DNA of 61,183 nucleotides, filler included, from Rhabdomonas costata (lineage: Eukaryota): the NCBI GenBank assembly GCA_019059605.1. It is 16 parts of 16 records of this genome, joined end to end, with 100 filler letters (N's around TTAATTAATTAA, not from the genome) between each part and the next. Parts side by side here need not be neighbours in the genome. Positions count along the whole stretch, not along the records: positions 49,850 to 53,560 come from JAHMHO010000581.1; positions 53,661 to 57,372 come from JAHMHO010000582.1; positions 57,473 to 61,183 come from JAHMHO010000583.1; 13 more parts are not named here. The stretch is one strand, 5' to 3'. Below the pieces are notes generated by a model. It made no database searches. It was not told the origin of the DNA and worked only from the letters and a program-made list of their open reading frames with translations. Shown one piece after another: positions 49,944 to 61,183 of the stretch; the first letter of the stretch is position 1; the number at the start of each line of letters is the position of its first letter. The position numbers and the translations under genes were made by a program.

Positions 49944-52900
49944 ATGCCGGGGCTCAGCCAGCTGCCGCGGTTCCTGCAGAAGGACCCCTACACGGGGATT
50001 GGCCAGGAGGCCCTGTGGGGGCTCACCCCTGCGCTGAACTTGCTTGAGGCCCTGCCGTCCGAGGCCTTGGAGGACGCTTCGGGTGGGCCACTGACCCTGG
50101 TACTCACAGGGATGAGCGATTGCAGGCACCTCTTGCGGACGCTGGCCAGGTCGACCCTACACACTACTCCATCGCCAACAACACTCAGTAACAACCATCA
50201 GCAACCGGGGGGCTGGTGCCCTGGACCTCTGTGACCACCTCAGATAATAAACAACCGAAGTTATGTTTCGCCATGGTTGGGTTTGCTTTTTTTTTTGCGC
50301 TGTGCAGTTGTTTCCCTGAGACTTGGGTTACCGTGTCTTGGTTGACGTTGACATCGTTTGCCTGCTGGTTTCGGGGTCCATTTGCGTCAATCTGCCACGA
50401 CCGACTTCTGGGACCGATGTGACTGAGCCATTTATCGCTGTAGACACCGGGATTTCACCCATTTTGTGATGCAATGATTTTGGGGTAAATTTGACAAGCC
50501 AGTGAGGTTGACCAATTTCTGGGTGGAAGAAATAAACGCGTCTTTGGCGATAAGTGAGAAGCGATGTTCCAGCTTTTCCATTGGACCAACTTTGCAAAGA
50601 TTCTTGACATCTTAAATGAAGTGCAGTGTTTGCACACGTTGGCTTTCAACTGGTATCATTACTGTTTCTCACAAAACCCCAGTTAGCTCCTAAGGGACCC
50701 AAAGGGAAGTCCTGAGATGCGACACTTCCGACCTTTGGGCAGCAATTCTAATCGCTCGAGAGGATACCAAGATATCGCGGTGGACACTTTTATTTGAGAA
50801 TTTATGACGCTCTTATTTGGTGTCTTATTTGGTGCTTTTTTGTCCAAGAAAATAAGACACTTTAGGACTCGCTAGAGGTCTTTCGGGAGGAGAAAAATCT
50901 ACACTGTGCTGCAAAATGGCGGTGACCTCTATTTGTTCTGTTAAGAATATTACCAAAAAAAAATTGTCAATCGAGCTCGTTGGTAACCCGAAGCACCTGA
51001 ACTTCGCCCGTATTTTGATTTGAGTCTCTTTTCAAGCCATTTTTAACAATTTTTTGGTCTGAATTTGGTGGATTTGGGTTTTCCAGGGGAGAAACTGGTG
51101 TTTGGTGCACTAGTCACAATCCTCTTTTTGAGTTCACCAAATAAGAGTTTCCACCTCGATATCAACGCGGTTTGAGCGCAGGTGAGAAGTGCGGTACAAC
51201 ACACAAATTGCAAATTAAAGAGGGTCTGTGCAAGGACAGAGAACAGGGATTTGTGACGTGAGTGGCAACCGCGGGACAGTGGTTTCCACCCCACCAGCCA
51301 CTTTGATCGAGTTGCTCCTTCGTTCTGAGCTGACGGAGACGCTGCTTTTTCTTTGTTCTGGGTTGTTTTTTGTATTTTAGGGCTCGCCGGCTGACGCAGA
51401 GGCCGTTGAGGATCTACCTTCACGAGCCCAACCTCCGGATTTACTGCCGTCATCTGCTCTTTCTGCATTTCCTGCTGGAGCTGGATTCCCACGCGGACCT
51501 CGACGAGAGCACGCACTTGTTCCTGGAGGTGTCTTTGGGTGTGGATATGGGTGTGCACATGCGCACTATGGGTTGCGGGCTGTTTACTGTAACCTTGCCT
51601 GGCTCGCCTCCCTCAGCTGGCTCCCATAGGCGATGGGATCCACGCACACCTCCGAGGAGGACAGGAACTCATCATGGTCTGCACCTCGGGCTCGCCACAG
51701 TGACCCTCCCCAACACCGGAGGGACGGAAGCAATGCAGTAATGGGGAATAGTCCACCAAGAGGGAAGAAATACCAGGAGAACTGTCCTGAAGTAACAACT
51801 TTTGCACTGGTTTTTTTTGGAGACGCATACATCGTGCCTGCACTCACTACTCCTTTCTGAGAGCTCTGCGTACTTTCTTGAATGATGGAAACGTTCCCGA
51901 GTGACTCAGTGACAGGGATATTCCGACTTATTTATGTACATGCGCAGATGAAGCCTTAGGTGCTCACCTAGGGGCCTGCGTGCTTAGGGGGTGCTTGGGG
52001 GTCGTGTTACAGGTTTTTGGGAACTCCAAGGTCCGGGAGACCACCCACAGCTGGATCCGCGCTGCCGCACAGAAGATCGCACGCTTTCTGGGTTTGCGAA
52101 CCAGCAGAGGAGGAGAGCGGTCAACGGTCGATATGGACTGAGTTACTTCGTCCAGTGGCTGTCAGTGGCTGGGTAGAACAATGCAATTTCGGTAGTGGAT
52201 GAATTTAGACCCCCCACGCTCATGCTGCTCTCTGTAGGCATTTCAGCGTGCATTGTGCCGTCAGGATGCCTAGAATGCCGGGGGATGGGGGTGTTCGATG
52301 AGAAGAGAGTTGTGTGAATGATGGGTCAGATGATGCCGATGCCCTGGCCTGGTCGTGTAGGGTCGTGTGGGCCTCCCCGCTCAGGTTACGGGGATGGCCC
52401 CCTGGCGCAGTGCGTGAGCCTGGACCACCTGAAGAGCAGCGAGCGGGACTGGGTGGAGCAGCAGGTGCAGTGGTGGAAGAGCGACAAGGTGCTATCGGTG
52501 GACGTCGACGTGGCCTGGGACACCCGGATGCGCTCCGACCTGGGCAACCGCTACGACTCCAGGGCAAACATGGTAGGTGCAGGGGTCACCGCGTGGGCAG
52601 AGGGGATGACCGCTTGCCGTATTGAGATAGAAAAGTGGCCAATGCAGCACAAAACCATCACCATACACAAGTCCTTGTTGTCAGATAGTCGGTCCGACGC
52701 ACTACGTGGAGCGTTTAAACCGATAGAGAAGGGAAACTGGGAACAAGGTTCGTCTCAAGATTTTGAAGGTTGGGTCAAAAAGGGAGTCAATGAAAAGACC
52801 ACAACACCGAAAATGGATCCTCCTTTCCTCCTACTCCTCCCCCTCTACCCTGAGGGATGGGGTTGGACGAGTGTTTGATTGCAGAGTCAAGTTTAACCGT

Positions 52901-53550
52901 GTGCTATGTAAGGAAGTCGGTGAAGTGTTGGGGTGGCGCTGCGCAAACGAGCAAGCGAACAAGTTGGGTGCACCAACAATTTCAATCAGGTCTGCAATGC
53001 AATGCCCATCCGTCGGTCGATCGTTTTGATATCGATCCTGTTTGGAGATACCCGCCGCGTATTGTGACCACGTAGTGGCACCCAAGCATCGTTCGATGGC
53101 CCAATTAATTTGTTGCAATGCCCTTAACTTCCCGTGATTCGTTTCCTTCCCTCAGTCTGTCTCTTAAATGGGACTGACGAAGTCGTTTCTCATACGCACC
53201 ACACTAGCTGATGCTCGAGAAAACCTGTTGTCAATGGCAAAAGTCGAGGAGGAGGAGGAGGAGGAGGGGTGCTTTAAGTTTAACGCCGTTATACTTTTTG
53301 GGACCATGTGGAGGGATGACGGATGAGGCATCATGCAAAACTTCAGGCGGTGCTAAATGTTTAACGGCCTCCGAGATCTCCAATGACCCATCCTCATCCC
53401 TTAACTCCCTTCCGCCTCCTTTTGCAAGATTGACTGGGACTACCACATGATGCTGGGCGACCTGGCCCCGCTGGTAAAGTTCCCGGAGTACCGCATGTTT
53501 CGCAACAAGGGCCATAGCTTTGATTACGATGTGGTGCAGCCCCCGTACCC
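49944..53550 (+). CDS. DNAAF3: Dynein axonemal assembly factor 3 (PF22), 5' part; exons 49944-50149, 51381-51528, 52013-52091, 52385-52572, 53429-contig end
   Basis: LWGLTPALNLL...DCRHLLRTLAR|..IYLHEPNLRIYCRHLLFL..LFLE|VFGNSKVRETT..|..WDTRMRSDLGNRYDSRANM|IDWDYHM..EYRMFRNKGHSF matches DNAAF3 (DUF4470/4471). All phases are consistent. Confidence 0.88.
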
Positions 53551-53660
53551 CACCCCAAAANNNNNNNNNNNNNNNNNNNNNNNNNNNNNNNNNNNNNNNN
53601 NNNNTTAATTAATTAANNNNNNNNNNNNNNNNNNNNNNNNNNNNNNNNNNNNNNNNNNNN

Positions 53661-56600
53661 CAACCCCCTGCGATGTTCAGGAATGAAACGCGGGCTCTTC
53701 TGAACCACTACAACAGGTTGATGTTCAAAGCCATTCTTACCACGACGACCAAATCGCTCAATTTGATCAAGAAAAGGGTGGGAACGCGCAATCGCAAAGG
53801 TTTCATGTTTGTGGATCGACCTTTTTTCGACGTGAACGTTGAGCTCCATGTTCCGAATGTGCTATTAAATCCAAGTCTGGATGAAGTTCAGAACGCCATC
53901 AACCGTTGTGCCACGGCTGTTTTGCGGTGCTCAAAATTTATCGGAGCTTGGTCCGAGGTCGAGGGCGTTGGTTCCTCTGGCTTTTTTGAGGAGGTCGCTC
54001 GGAATAAAGAGATCGTCAAAGTTGTGCTTCTACTTACGGGAGGTATACATGGGCTGAAGAAGCAGGTTCTTGATTACTTGAATTCGTTCAAGCGCTACGA
54101 GTATCTGTGGGTCAAGGACAAGCAGGAGGCGTATGAGGAGTTTGTTTCGGGTAATCCCACTCTTGAAGATTTTGAGAACGAGCTGAAGAAGTGCATGACT
54201 GTTGAACAAGAAATCCTGTCGATCACCCCGTGCTATACAATTGGTTCACTCTCTTTGGACACTTCCATCTTGAAGCAGGCTTTGCGCAACGAAGCGCAAT
54301 TATGGAAGCAGCAGTATGCGCGCAACCTTCACGCACAAGCGCAAAAACAAATGGAAAAGATCTTCTTTGACATGGAAGAGGCTGGTCGCAAATTATCCAC
54401 AGAGATCAGCAATAACCTGCAAGACTTAAGAGTTGTGATGGACACATTGCGCGAGATCCGAGATCATGAGTCTGAAATCGATTTTCAGTTTGGTCCTGTT
54501 GGAGAAATGTATCAGCTGTTGCACCGGTACGACGTGGCTATTCCCAAAGAAGAATTCGACCGAGTCAGTGAGATGCGGTACAAATGGAGAAAGCGCAAGC
54601 AAGTTGCCAACGAGCGCAGTGATGAAATCAGCAGTCGGTTGCAGTTTCGTTTCAAGCGGGAGCTTATTCACGCAGTTCACCGCTTTGGTGTGGATGTCGT
54701 GGCCTTTCGCAATGATTTTGAAGCGAATGGTCCGATGGTGGAAGGCATCAAGCCCCAGGAAGCGATGGAGCGGCTCAAAAAATACCAAAGACTTTTCGAC
54801 GACAAGGAGAGGAAATGGGACACTCTTTTGGCTGGTGAGCAGTTGGACTTCCGGAGCACCGCTACCCTGAGCTAACGAAAACCAAGAAAGAGCTCCAGCT
54901 GCTTGAGAAGTTGTATTCCCTCTACATCACAGTCTGGCAAAAAATCAACGATACGCGGACATTCTGTGGAGTGAGCTTGACTTCAAGGCCATCACGGAAG
55001 AAGTCCTGGTTTTCCAGAATCAGTGCAAGCGAATGCCAAAGCAGCTTCGAAACTGGGATGCTTACCTTGAATTGAGAAAAACCGTGGATGATTTCCTTGA
55101 GCTGCAGCCCCTTCTGGAGCAGTTATCTCAGAACACGCTTCGCGAGCGACACTGGAAAGAGATCATGAGAATCACTGGGGTGAGCTGGAGGTTGGACCCC
55201 GACATGTTTCGTCTGGGGAATCTCTTGGCAGCGAATCTACTGTGCTTCAAGGAGGACATCGAGGACATTGCTGTGTCGAGCGTCAAGGAAGTGGACATTG
55301 AAAACAAAAAGAACGCCATTGCAGCCGACTGGGAAGACCGTGAACTTACCTTCGCCGAGTTTAGGCACCGAGGCCCCATTATTTTGAAAGGGGATGAGAC
55401 AGCCGCTGTCAAGGAGCATCTGGAGGAGTCCCAACTGGCTTTGGGTTCTATGTTGGCCTCCAGATATGTCGCCCCGTTTCGAGAGGAGGTGAACGGCTGG
55501 CTGGCCAAGCTTTCGAGCGTTTCTGAGATTCTTGCATTGTGGCTGGATGTGCAGTCCACGTGGATTTACCTGGAAGCAGTTTTTGCGGGAGGAGACATCA
55601 TGAAGCAGCTCCCCGCGGAGGCCAAAAGGTTTGGGCAGATTGACAAGCAGTGGGTGAAGATAATGAGCAAAGCATTTGAAGTGAAGAATGTGGTCGGGTT
55701 TTGCTACAACAACGAGCTTCTCAACGCCTTGCCGTTTTTGCGAGACCAACTGGAGCTTTGTCAGCGGCAGCTTACGGCGTATCTTGAGCAGAAAAGAAAT
55801 TGCTTTCCCCGGTTCTACTTTGTCTCAGACGGTGTTCTGCTGGAGATTCTTTCCCAGAGTTCTGATCCTCAGGCTATCCAACCCCACTTGGTGTCTATCT
55901 TCGACGGACTGGCTCAAATCACTTTTGAGAAGGGGCGCGGGCTGGAGAAGGGTTCCACCAACATCACAACAATGACATCTCCTGAGGCTGAAGAAGTGAA
56001 GCTGTGTGAGGAAGTTCTGGCTCAGGGAAATGTCGAGGAATGGCTGGAAAAGCTAGAGCACCAGATGTGTCGCACCGTTCTGTCCAGAATTCGGGATGCT
56101 GCCGTGGAAATAGCCGCAATGGAAACCAGCCTTGGCAAGCTGAGGCGCTTCATTGAGGTGTTTCCCGCGCAAGTCGCTCTTCTCGGGCTACAGCTGATTT
56201 GGACGCATGACGTTCAGGCAGCTCTGAGTGCCTCCAAAGCCGAACAGAAAAAGGCCGTGGCAGATTGCACAAAGAGGATCGGTGAAATAAAAAAGGAACT
56301 CACGGAGTTCACCAACTCAGAACTTTCTGCTCAGAAGCGTATCAATATTGAGACTTTGATCACAATCCAGGTATTGCTTCCCCCATTTTTGCACACACTG
56401 AGAAAGCATTATTAATGTTTGCTGCTTATTGGTATTGTTGCGTCAGAATTTTTTTTACACCTTTTTTTTTGCCCGATTCAGGTTCACCAACAAGAAGTTT
56501 GGGAGGCTTCGGTGAAGCGAGTCCGCGATCCTACCTCCTTTGAATGGCAGAAACAAGTTCGCTTCTACTGGAGACCAGAACGCGACTGCTGCATCATCTG

Positions 56601-57362
56601 CATTGCAGACACAGAAACGGAGTACTGCTACGAGTATTTGGGCTGCAAGGAGCGTCTCGTGGTGACCCCCCTGACAGACCGCTGTTACATTACGCTCTCC
56701 CAAGCGCTGGCCATGTATCTGGGAGGGGCCCCCGCAGGCCCCGCAGGTGATTCTTTCCCCAGTTCTCATTGACTAATATTAAAGAGTTCACTTGACTGAA
56801 CTTCCTTTCGGGCGGACTGTTCTGAGGATTTTCAAAGAAGACCTCCCCTCCTTGGTGGTAAATCGGCAACCCTAGTTGATGGAGCTCATCATGATTGCGG
56901 TACCAGTCAAGATGAGGCATGGGAGGAGGTAATTCCTGGGAATCCGCTGGCACCAAATCTTGGAACAAGGCCTGATCCAATCGATTCTCTGGGGCAAACC
57001 AGTCCCCAGTGTTGTCAAACGATGGAGCCTTGAGATAGTTCTTAACGTTCGCTTGATTGTGAATTTGGCACCAAACCAATCCCCATTGTAATGTGATTTC
57101 CTGCCTCGCGCACTCACAGGCACGGGCAAGACGGAGACTGTGAAGGACCTGGGCCGTACCTACGGCAAGTATGTCGTGGTGTTCAACTGCAGTGACCAGC
57201 TGGACTTCCGCGCCATGGGGAAGATCTACAAGGGTCTTGCTCAGGCCGGGGCCTGGGGGTGCTTCGACGAGTTCAACCGGATCGACCTTCCCGTGCTCAG
57301 TGTGGTGGCACAGCAAATCTCCACTGTGCTTCACGCGATGAAGCACAGTGGAGATTTGCTGT
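53661..57362 (+). CDS. DNAH5: Outer-arm dynein heavy chain (DNAH5/gamma type), tail, linker (DHC_N2) and start of AAA1; exons 53661-56370 (two frameshifts near 54844 and 54950), 56482-56746, 57120-contig end
   Basis: [61 protein letters not shown] (P-loop split by an intron) and [14 protein letters not shown] introns at 56371-56481 and 56747-57119. Confidence 0.92.
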
Positions 57363-59499
57363 ACCACCCCACNNNNNNNNNNNNNNNNNNNNNNNNNNNN
57401 NNNNNNNNNNNNNNNNTTAATTAATTAANNNNNNNNNNNNNNNNNNNNNNNNNNNNNNNNNNNNNNNNNNNNGGGGGGGGTGCTCTCTGTTGGCGTGCCG
57501 GTGTTTTTGTGCGTCGTCTTTCTTGCTTCTGTGTGTGGTGTTCTCCCCGTGCGTTGCCGTGGTGGGCTTTGGTCTTTTCTCGCTGCCAGCGCCTGGGCGA
57601 AAAACTTGCGGCTTCCCCAACTTTTGCCCGCGCCACGCACTTTTATCCCCTTCCCTGCGTCTCCGGCTTTGTTCCCCGTAACGCCTTCCCCCCCAAACTT
57701 CTACCTCTATTATCTCGTGTCCTTTTTGTGCTTCCCTGTTTTCATCCTCCCGCCCTTGCCGCTGCCCAATTGGACGCACAAATCCTTTATACCGACCCTC
57801 TTCAAAAGACGCCCCTCTCGCTTCTTTCCTTCTTTCCCTTTCGTTCCCCCCCAAACGATCCAGGACGCCAATGGTGGCGAATTCTGACAAAGTTCAGCAC
57901 CTTTTTCCGCAAAGGCCGAAGAGAAAAAATTACACCCAAACCAAACCTCATTGATCGCATTGGGCTCTCCTTTGGAAACTTTCACGGACACCGCAAGCAA
58001 CCAGGAATCAGACATGGCCGGACTTATGTCCGAGTAGTCTGGGGCCGGGCTCGTGGCTTCAAGGTTCCCCGACCCGGCCGGTGCGGCCACACCAAGACGA
58101 GTAGCCCTTCTTGGCTCCTGGTTCCCGCCCGCCGCTGGTGTGAAGCCCAGGCGGGGTGGGCAAAGGGCCGTGCGGAGCAGCCTCTGCGGATTCACGAGCG
58201 GAGCGGAGTCCGTAACAGAAACCGTTCGAAAAACAAGGAAAGCGAACTATGGCAATTCCAAATTCCTTATTTCCACACCGGTGCTTGTGGTTCATCCCCC
58301 AACCTTGGAGAACGGGGCCTGGACGGCCGGGCTGAAGGTACGGCGCCTTGCGTGGGGGAAAAACGGCCGCCGCTTCTGCGGCAGCCTAGCGGTTCGGACT
58401 AGCGCGCTCAGAAACTAAAACATCCCACTTTCAACCTTTTGGGGTCGTGAGGTCTTTCGCCGCTGCTACTGCCTTGGGATGCCTCTGGGGTTCCTTGGCT
58501 TCAGGCTTCATGGGCTTCGTGGTCGTCGTAATCGCGGCGGCGGCCGCCGTGACCAAGGGAACGGCCCTTGTCCCTTTTTATTTCGCCTTGGTCTTCTCAT
58601 TGGCATCCACCTGGCCAAGCCGAAGTAAACCGACGTCAACGGGGGCAACGGGCACACCTTTGCCACCAGCCCTGGTCTGACTCAAGGGGGGCAATGGGCA
58701 CACCTATGGCCGGAACCAGGCCGGTGCGCGACACTTCTACTGGTAGTTTGGGGGGAAAGGGTCTGGTGAATGCGGGGGCTTAATTATTGTGGCATGGGGC
58801 AACGTACGGGACTGCGGTTGTGCACTCATTTTTCTCTGTGGGGTTTTCCTTCACGAGAATTTCTTCTTTCTGAAAACCTGTGAAAACAGTAGAAATAAAC
58901 AAAACCATTCGAAATAAAGCCCAGTCGTTACCAAAAACAAAGAGACACAGTCGCGTGGAAGGGGAAAAATGCAATTCACAATGGTGGGGGGTGGATTGCA
59001 CCGATACTCTGCTACCGGGTAGGTGGGCTCGGTTACCCTTACCCTGTGCTGGGCCCATGGCCCGGTTTACTGATACTTACTTTACAAAACCTGACTAATT
59101 CCGGTAGAAAGTAGTTTTAAATCCCCGCTTTAGAATAAACCAAAAACATACAGTGTAACGGAGGGTTCCATTTGGACGGAGACAGAAAATCGATAAAAAG
59201 GCTAAAAGTGTGGGAGGCAATTGCGAAAAGAATGTCAATTAGTTGCAAAATTTCATTTGCGGAAGTTTTTCAGGTTTTTGTGATCAAATCCGGTAGTTGT
59301 ATCTGGATTGGTCGAGCAAAAGGGGGTTCATTTTAGACTGCTTTGGTTTTGGTCGTATATCAAAACAAGCCGGTCGGTAGAGCAAACAAAAGGTCCGCAG
59401 TGGAAAGGCGGTACTAAGGAGAACCAAAGGCATGATAAAAGTACAAAAAAGACAAGGGGTATTTTGCAGGGAAGGATGAATCAAAGTGTTTATCTGAAA

Positions 59500-61183
59500 T
59501 GGACTAGATGCGTATCGAGACCTTGCCTACCGTCGCAGTGGCGCTCTCGGACATACCCACAGGATGTCCATAAATTGCACCGCCAGTTGCGGTGTTATCA
59601 AATGATTTGCAACACTTGCTCTGTTAAACTTTGGCGGAACCAAAAAAGCATGTGGCTGTATCGCTTAAATCAATTTCACCCTATGGTTGGGAAGTTAAAT
59701 TTACCTTTGGTGAAGAAGTGCCACAGCACAGCACCACGCCCTGATGCCTTTGCTCTTTCTGCAGGTTGCCGTAAGAGCAAAGACTCATTTTGCTTTGCTG
59801 AACTCAGGAGCCTCGGAATCATTTATTATTGCAGACTTAGTGAGTAAACATGCTACAAGCTGTTCCCTTTGAATTCCTCCCTAGGTGAAAGTTGCCAACA
59901 GTCACACTCTGATGATGACGCAATACGTCCGCCTTCATGGCAGGCTTCGTGAGTTACCAGTCAGGATGTTCCTGCGGGTTATCTCTACGCCACTTTCCAT
60001 CGTGCTATGTTACACCTTCCTAAAAAAAAGATTAGAGCAACACTCACATCAAGGAAGACAGTTACTTGCATACTATGGAGCCCGAGATTGTCCATCCCGT
60101 TGCTGCGCACTCACTTTTCACTACTGTTGAATCACAACTGCCAGTTGCAAGTTGTTCTGAGACTGACAGGTCAGCGGAGATCTCTTGTATATCGTCCCCT
60201 ATTCTTTTCAGTCAGTTGCACTGAGTTAAGTCCGCTTGTTGAGGTTCCTTTGGCTTCGCCAGTGGCGGACATCTCGTCCACACCACACTCCGTTTCCGCC
60301 TTTCGGGAAGCGGTTATGAACCCTCATTGTGCATTACTGTCTGACCATTTTGTCATACACAGAACCAGATATGTATTATCCAGGAGCGACAAGACAACAG
60401 TTGTGATGTTGCCCCAGAGTAAATTTGATGACAAGGTGTCATCTAAACGCAGGCAAAGGCCCCGCCCAGGATGGTGGGGGTTGTGCATTCACCGTTTAAA
60501 GGTCATATCCATAGTCTGAATGCAGTGAACGCGTTGGAGTTCACAAGTTCTGAGAGAAAAATTGGGAAGCGCAAGAATCTGTCGACACGTAAACTTGAAT
60601 CCGGTCACATGTGGACCCCTTTTTCAGACATCCCAAGTTCCTCCGCAAGTTCTGAAGCCCAACGAGTAGTGCAAGGATTTTTTTCGTGAAAAGCTGCCTC
60701 AAAATTGTTACCATTACGTCCCACGTTGCATTGACTTTCCTGAGAAGTAGGGTAGCGATTATGCGGAACTGCAAAGACCTGATGGACAACCAATAAATCA
60801 AAGAGGTCACCTCTACATATGACTCAGTGATATATTTTATCCCGAAGGCCATTGTAAAGCTGCCGCATGGTGGTGGACAACCGGACCATTAAGAAGATGA
60901 CCTTGATGGACAAGTACCCCTGAACCGTATCGACAAAATGCTTGAATAACATCAACAATAACATCAACAGTCGTTACTTCTCCAATCTTGACTTGAACTC
61001 GTGATTGAAATCCTATTCATCAGGACCATGTGGAGCGTACTGCATCTGTACCTTCCCGCCCTGTAAATGTCCACTGGCATCTGTAATACCATGAATTTTA
61101 TCTTCCAGAACATGCTAAAATTTGCTTGAGCCTAAATAAACGACATCTTGGTATACACCAAGACCATGGAGTACCACACACCC
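59500..61183 (+). mobile_element. Decayed Ty3/gypsy gag-pol (knuckle remnant, protease, RT)
   Basis: Protease FALLNSGASESFI (~59788-59826, catalytic Asp replaced by Asn) and VKVANSHTL..IVLCYTFL. RT motifs RMVVDNRTIKKMTLMDKYP, RYFSNLDLNS and *INDILVYTKTMEYH (decayed YIDD), with stops and frameshifts. Confidence 0.85.

Noticed and set aside
53231..53515. 94-aa minus-strand ORF
   Set aside because: It is the antisense of DNAAF3 exon 5.
113..57362. Apparent flagellar gene cluster (CFAP100, dynein, DNAAF3)
   Set aside because: The genes are on separate contigs ordered by length, so adjacency carries no linkage information.
3734..57472. Regularly spaced TTAATTAATTAA as a biological repeat or CRISPR-like array
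   Set aside because: Always flanked by exactly 44 N on each side; it is an artificial six-frame-stop linker.
57509..58680. 297-aa and other GC-rich ORFs at the start of the last contig
   Set aside because: Low-complexity Arg/Pro-rich translations with no recognisable motif or consistent splice structure.

Overview
This window is not one locus. It is 16 separate contigs of about 3.7 kb, in roughly descending length, joined by artificial 100-nt linkers (44 N + TTAATTAATTAA + 44 N). Most contig ends carry G/T-only (5') or A/C-only (3') tails suggestive of degenerate-primer whole-genome amplification. The DNA is eukaryotic, intron-rich and from a flagellate, most plausibly a euglenozoan (euglenid or diplonemid; inferred from a Leishmania myosin-XXI-like myosin and an 'EEWMY'-tailed degenerate cyclase). 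Genes I could splice by hand on GT-AG sites are: a CFAP100-like exon, an F-box protein, two probably adjacent pieces of a DNAH5/gamma-type outer-arm dynein heavy chain (one with two frameshifts), a degenerate class III cyclase, a CoA-transferase III, a myosin, DNAAF3, and a complete 652-aa kelch propeller/coiled-coil/PARP-like (H-Y-E) ADP-ribosyltransferase. Mobile DNA comprises two decayed LTR retrotransposons (one with LTR and tRNA-iMet PBS, one with Ty3/gypsy pol), a decayed RNase H-bearing non-LTR element, a 43-bp dispersed repeat and long perfect hairpins. The best leads are the kelch-ART fusion and a 3,599-bp contig with a 127-bp terminal overlap (a circle or tandem unit) and no recognisable gene. 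All family assignments come from motif recognition by eye; no searches were run.
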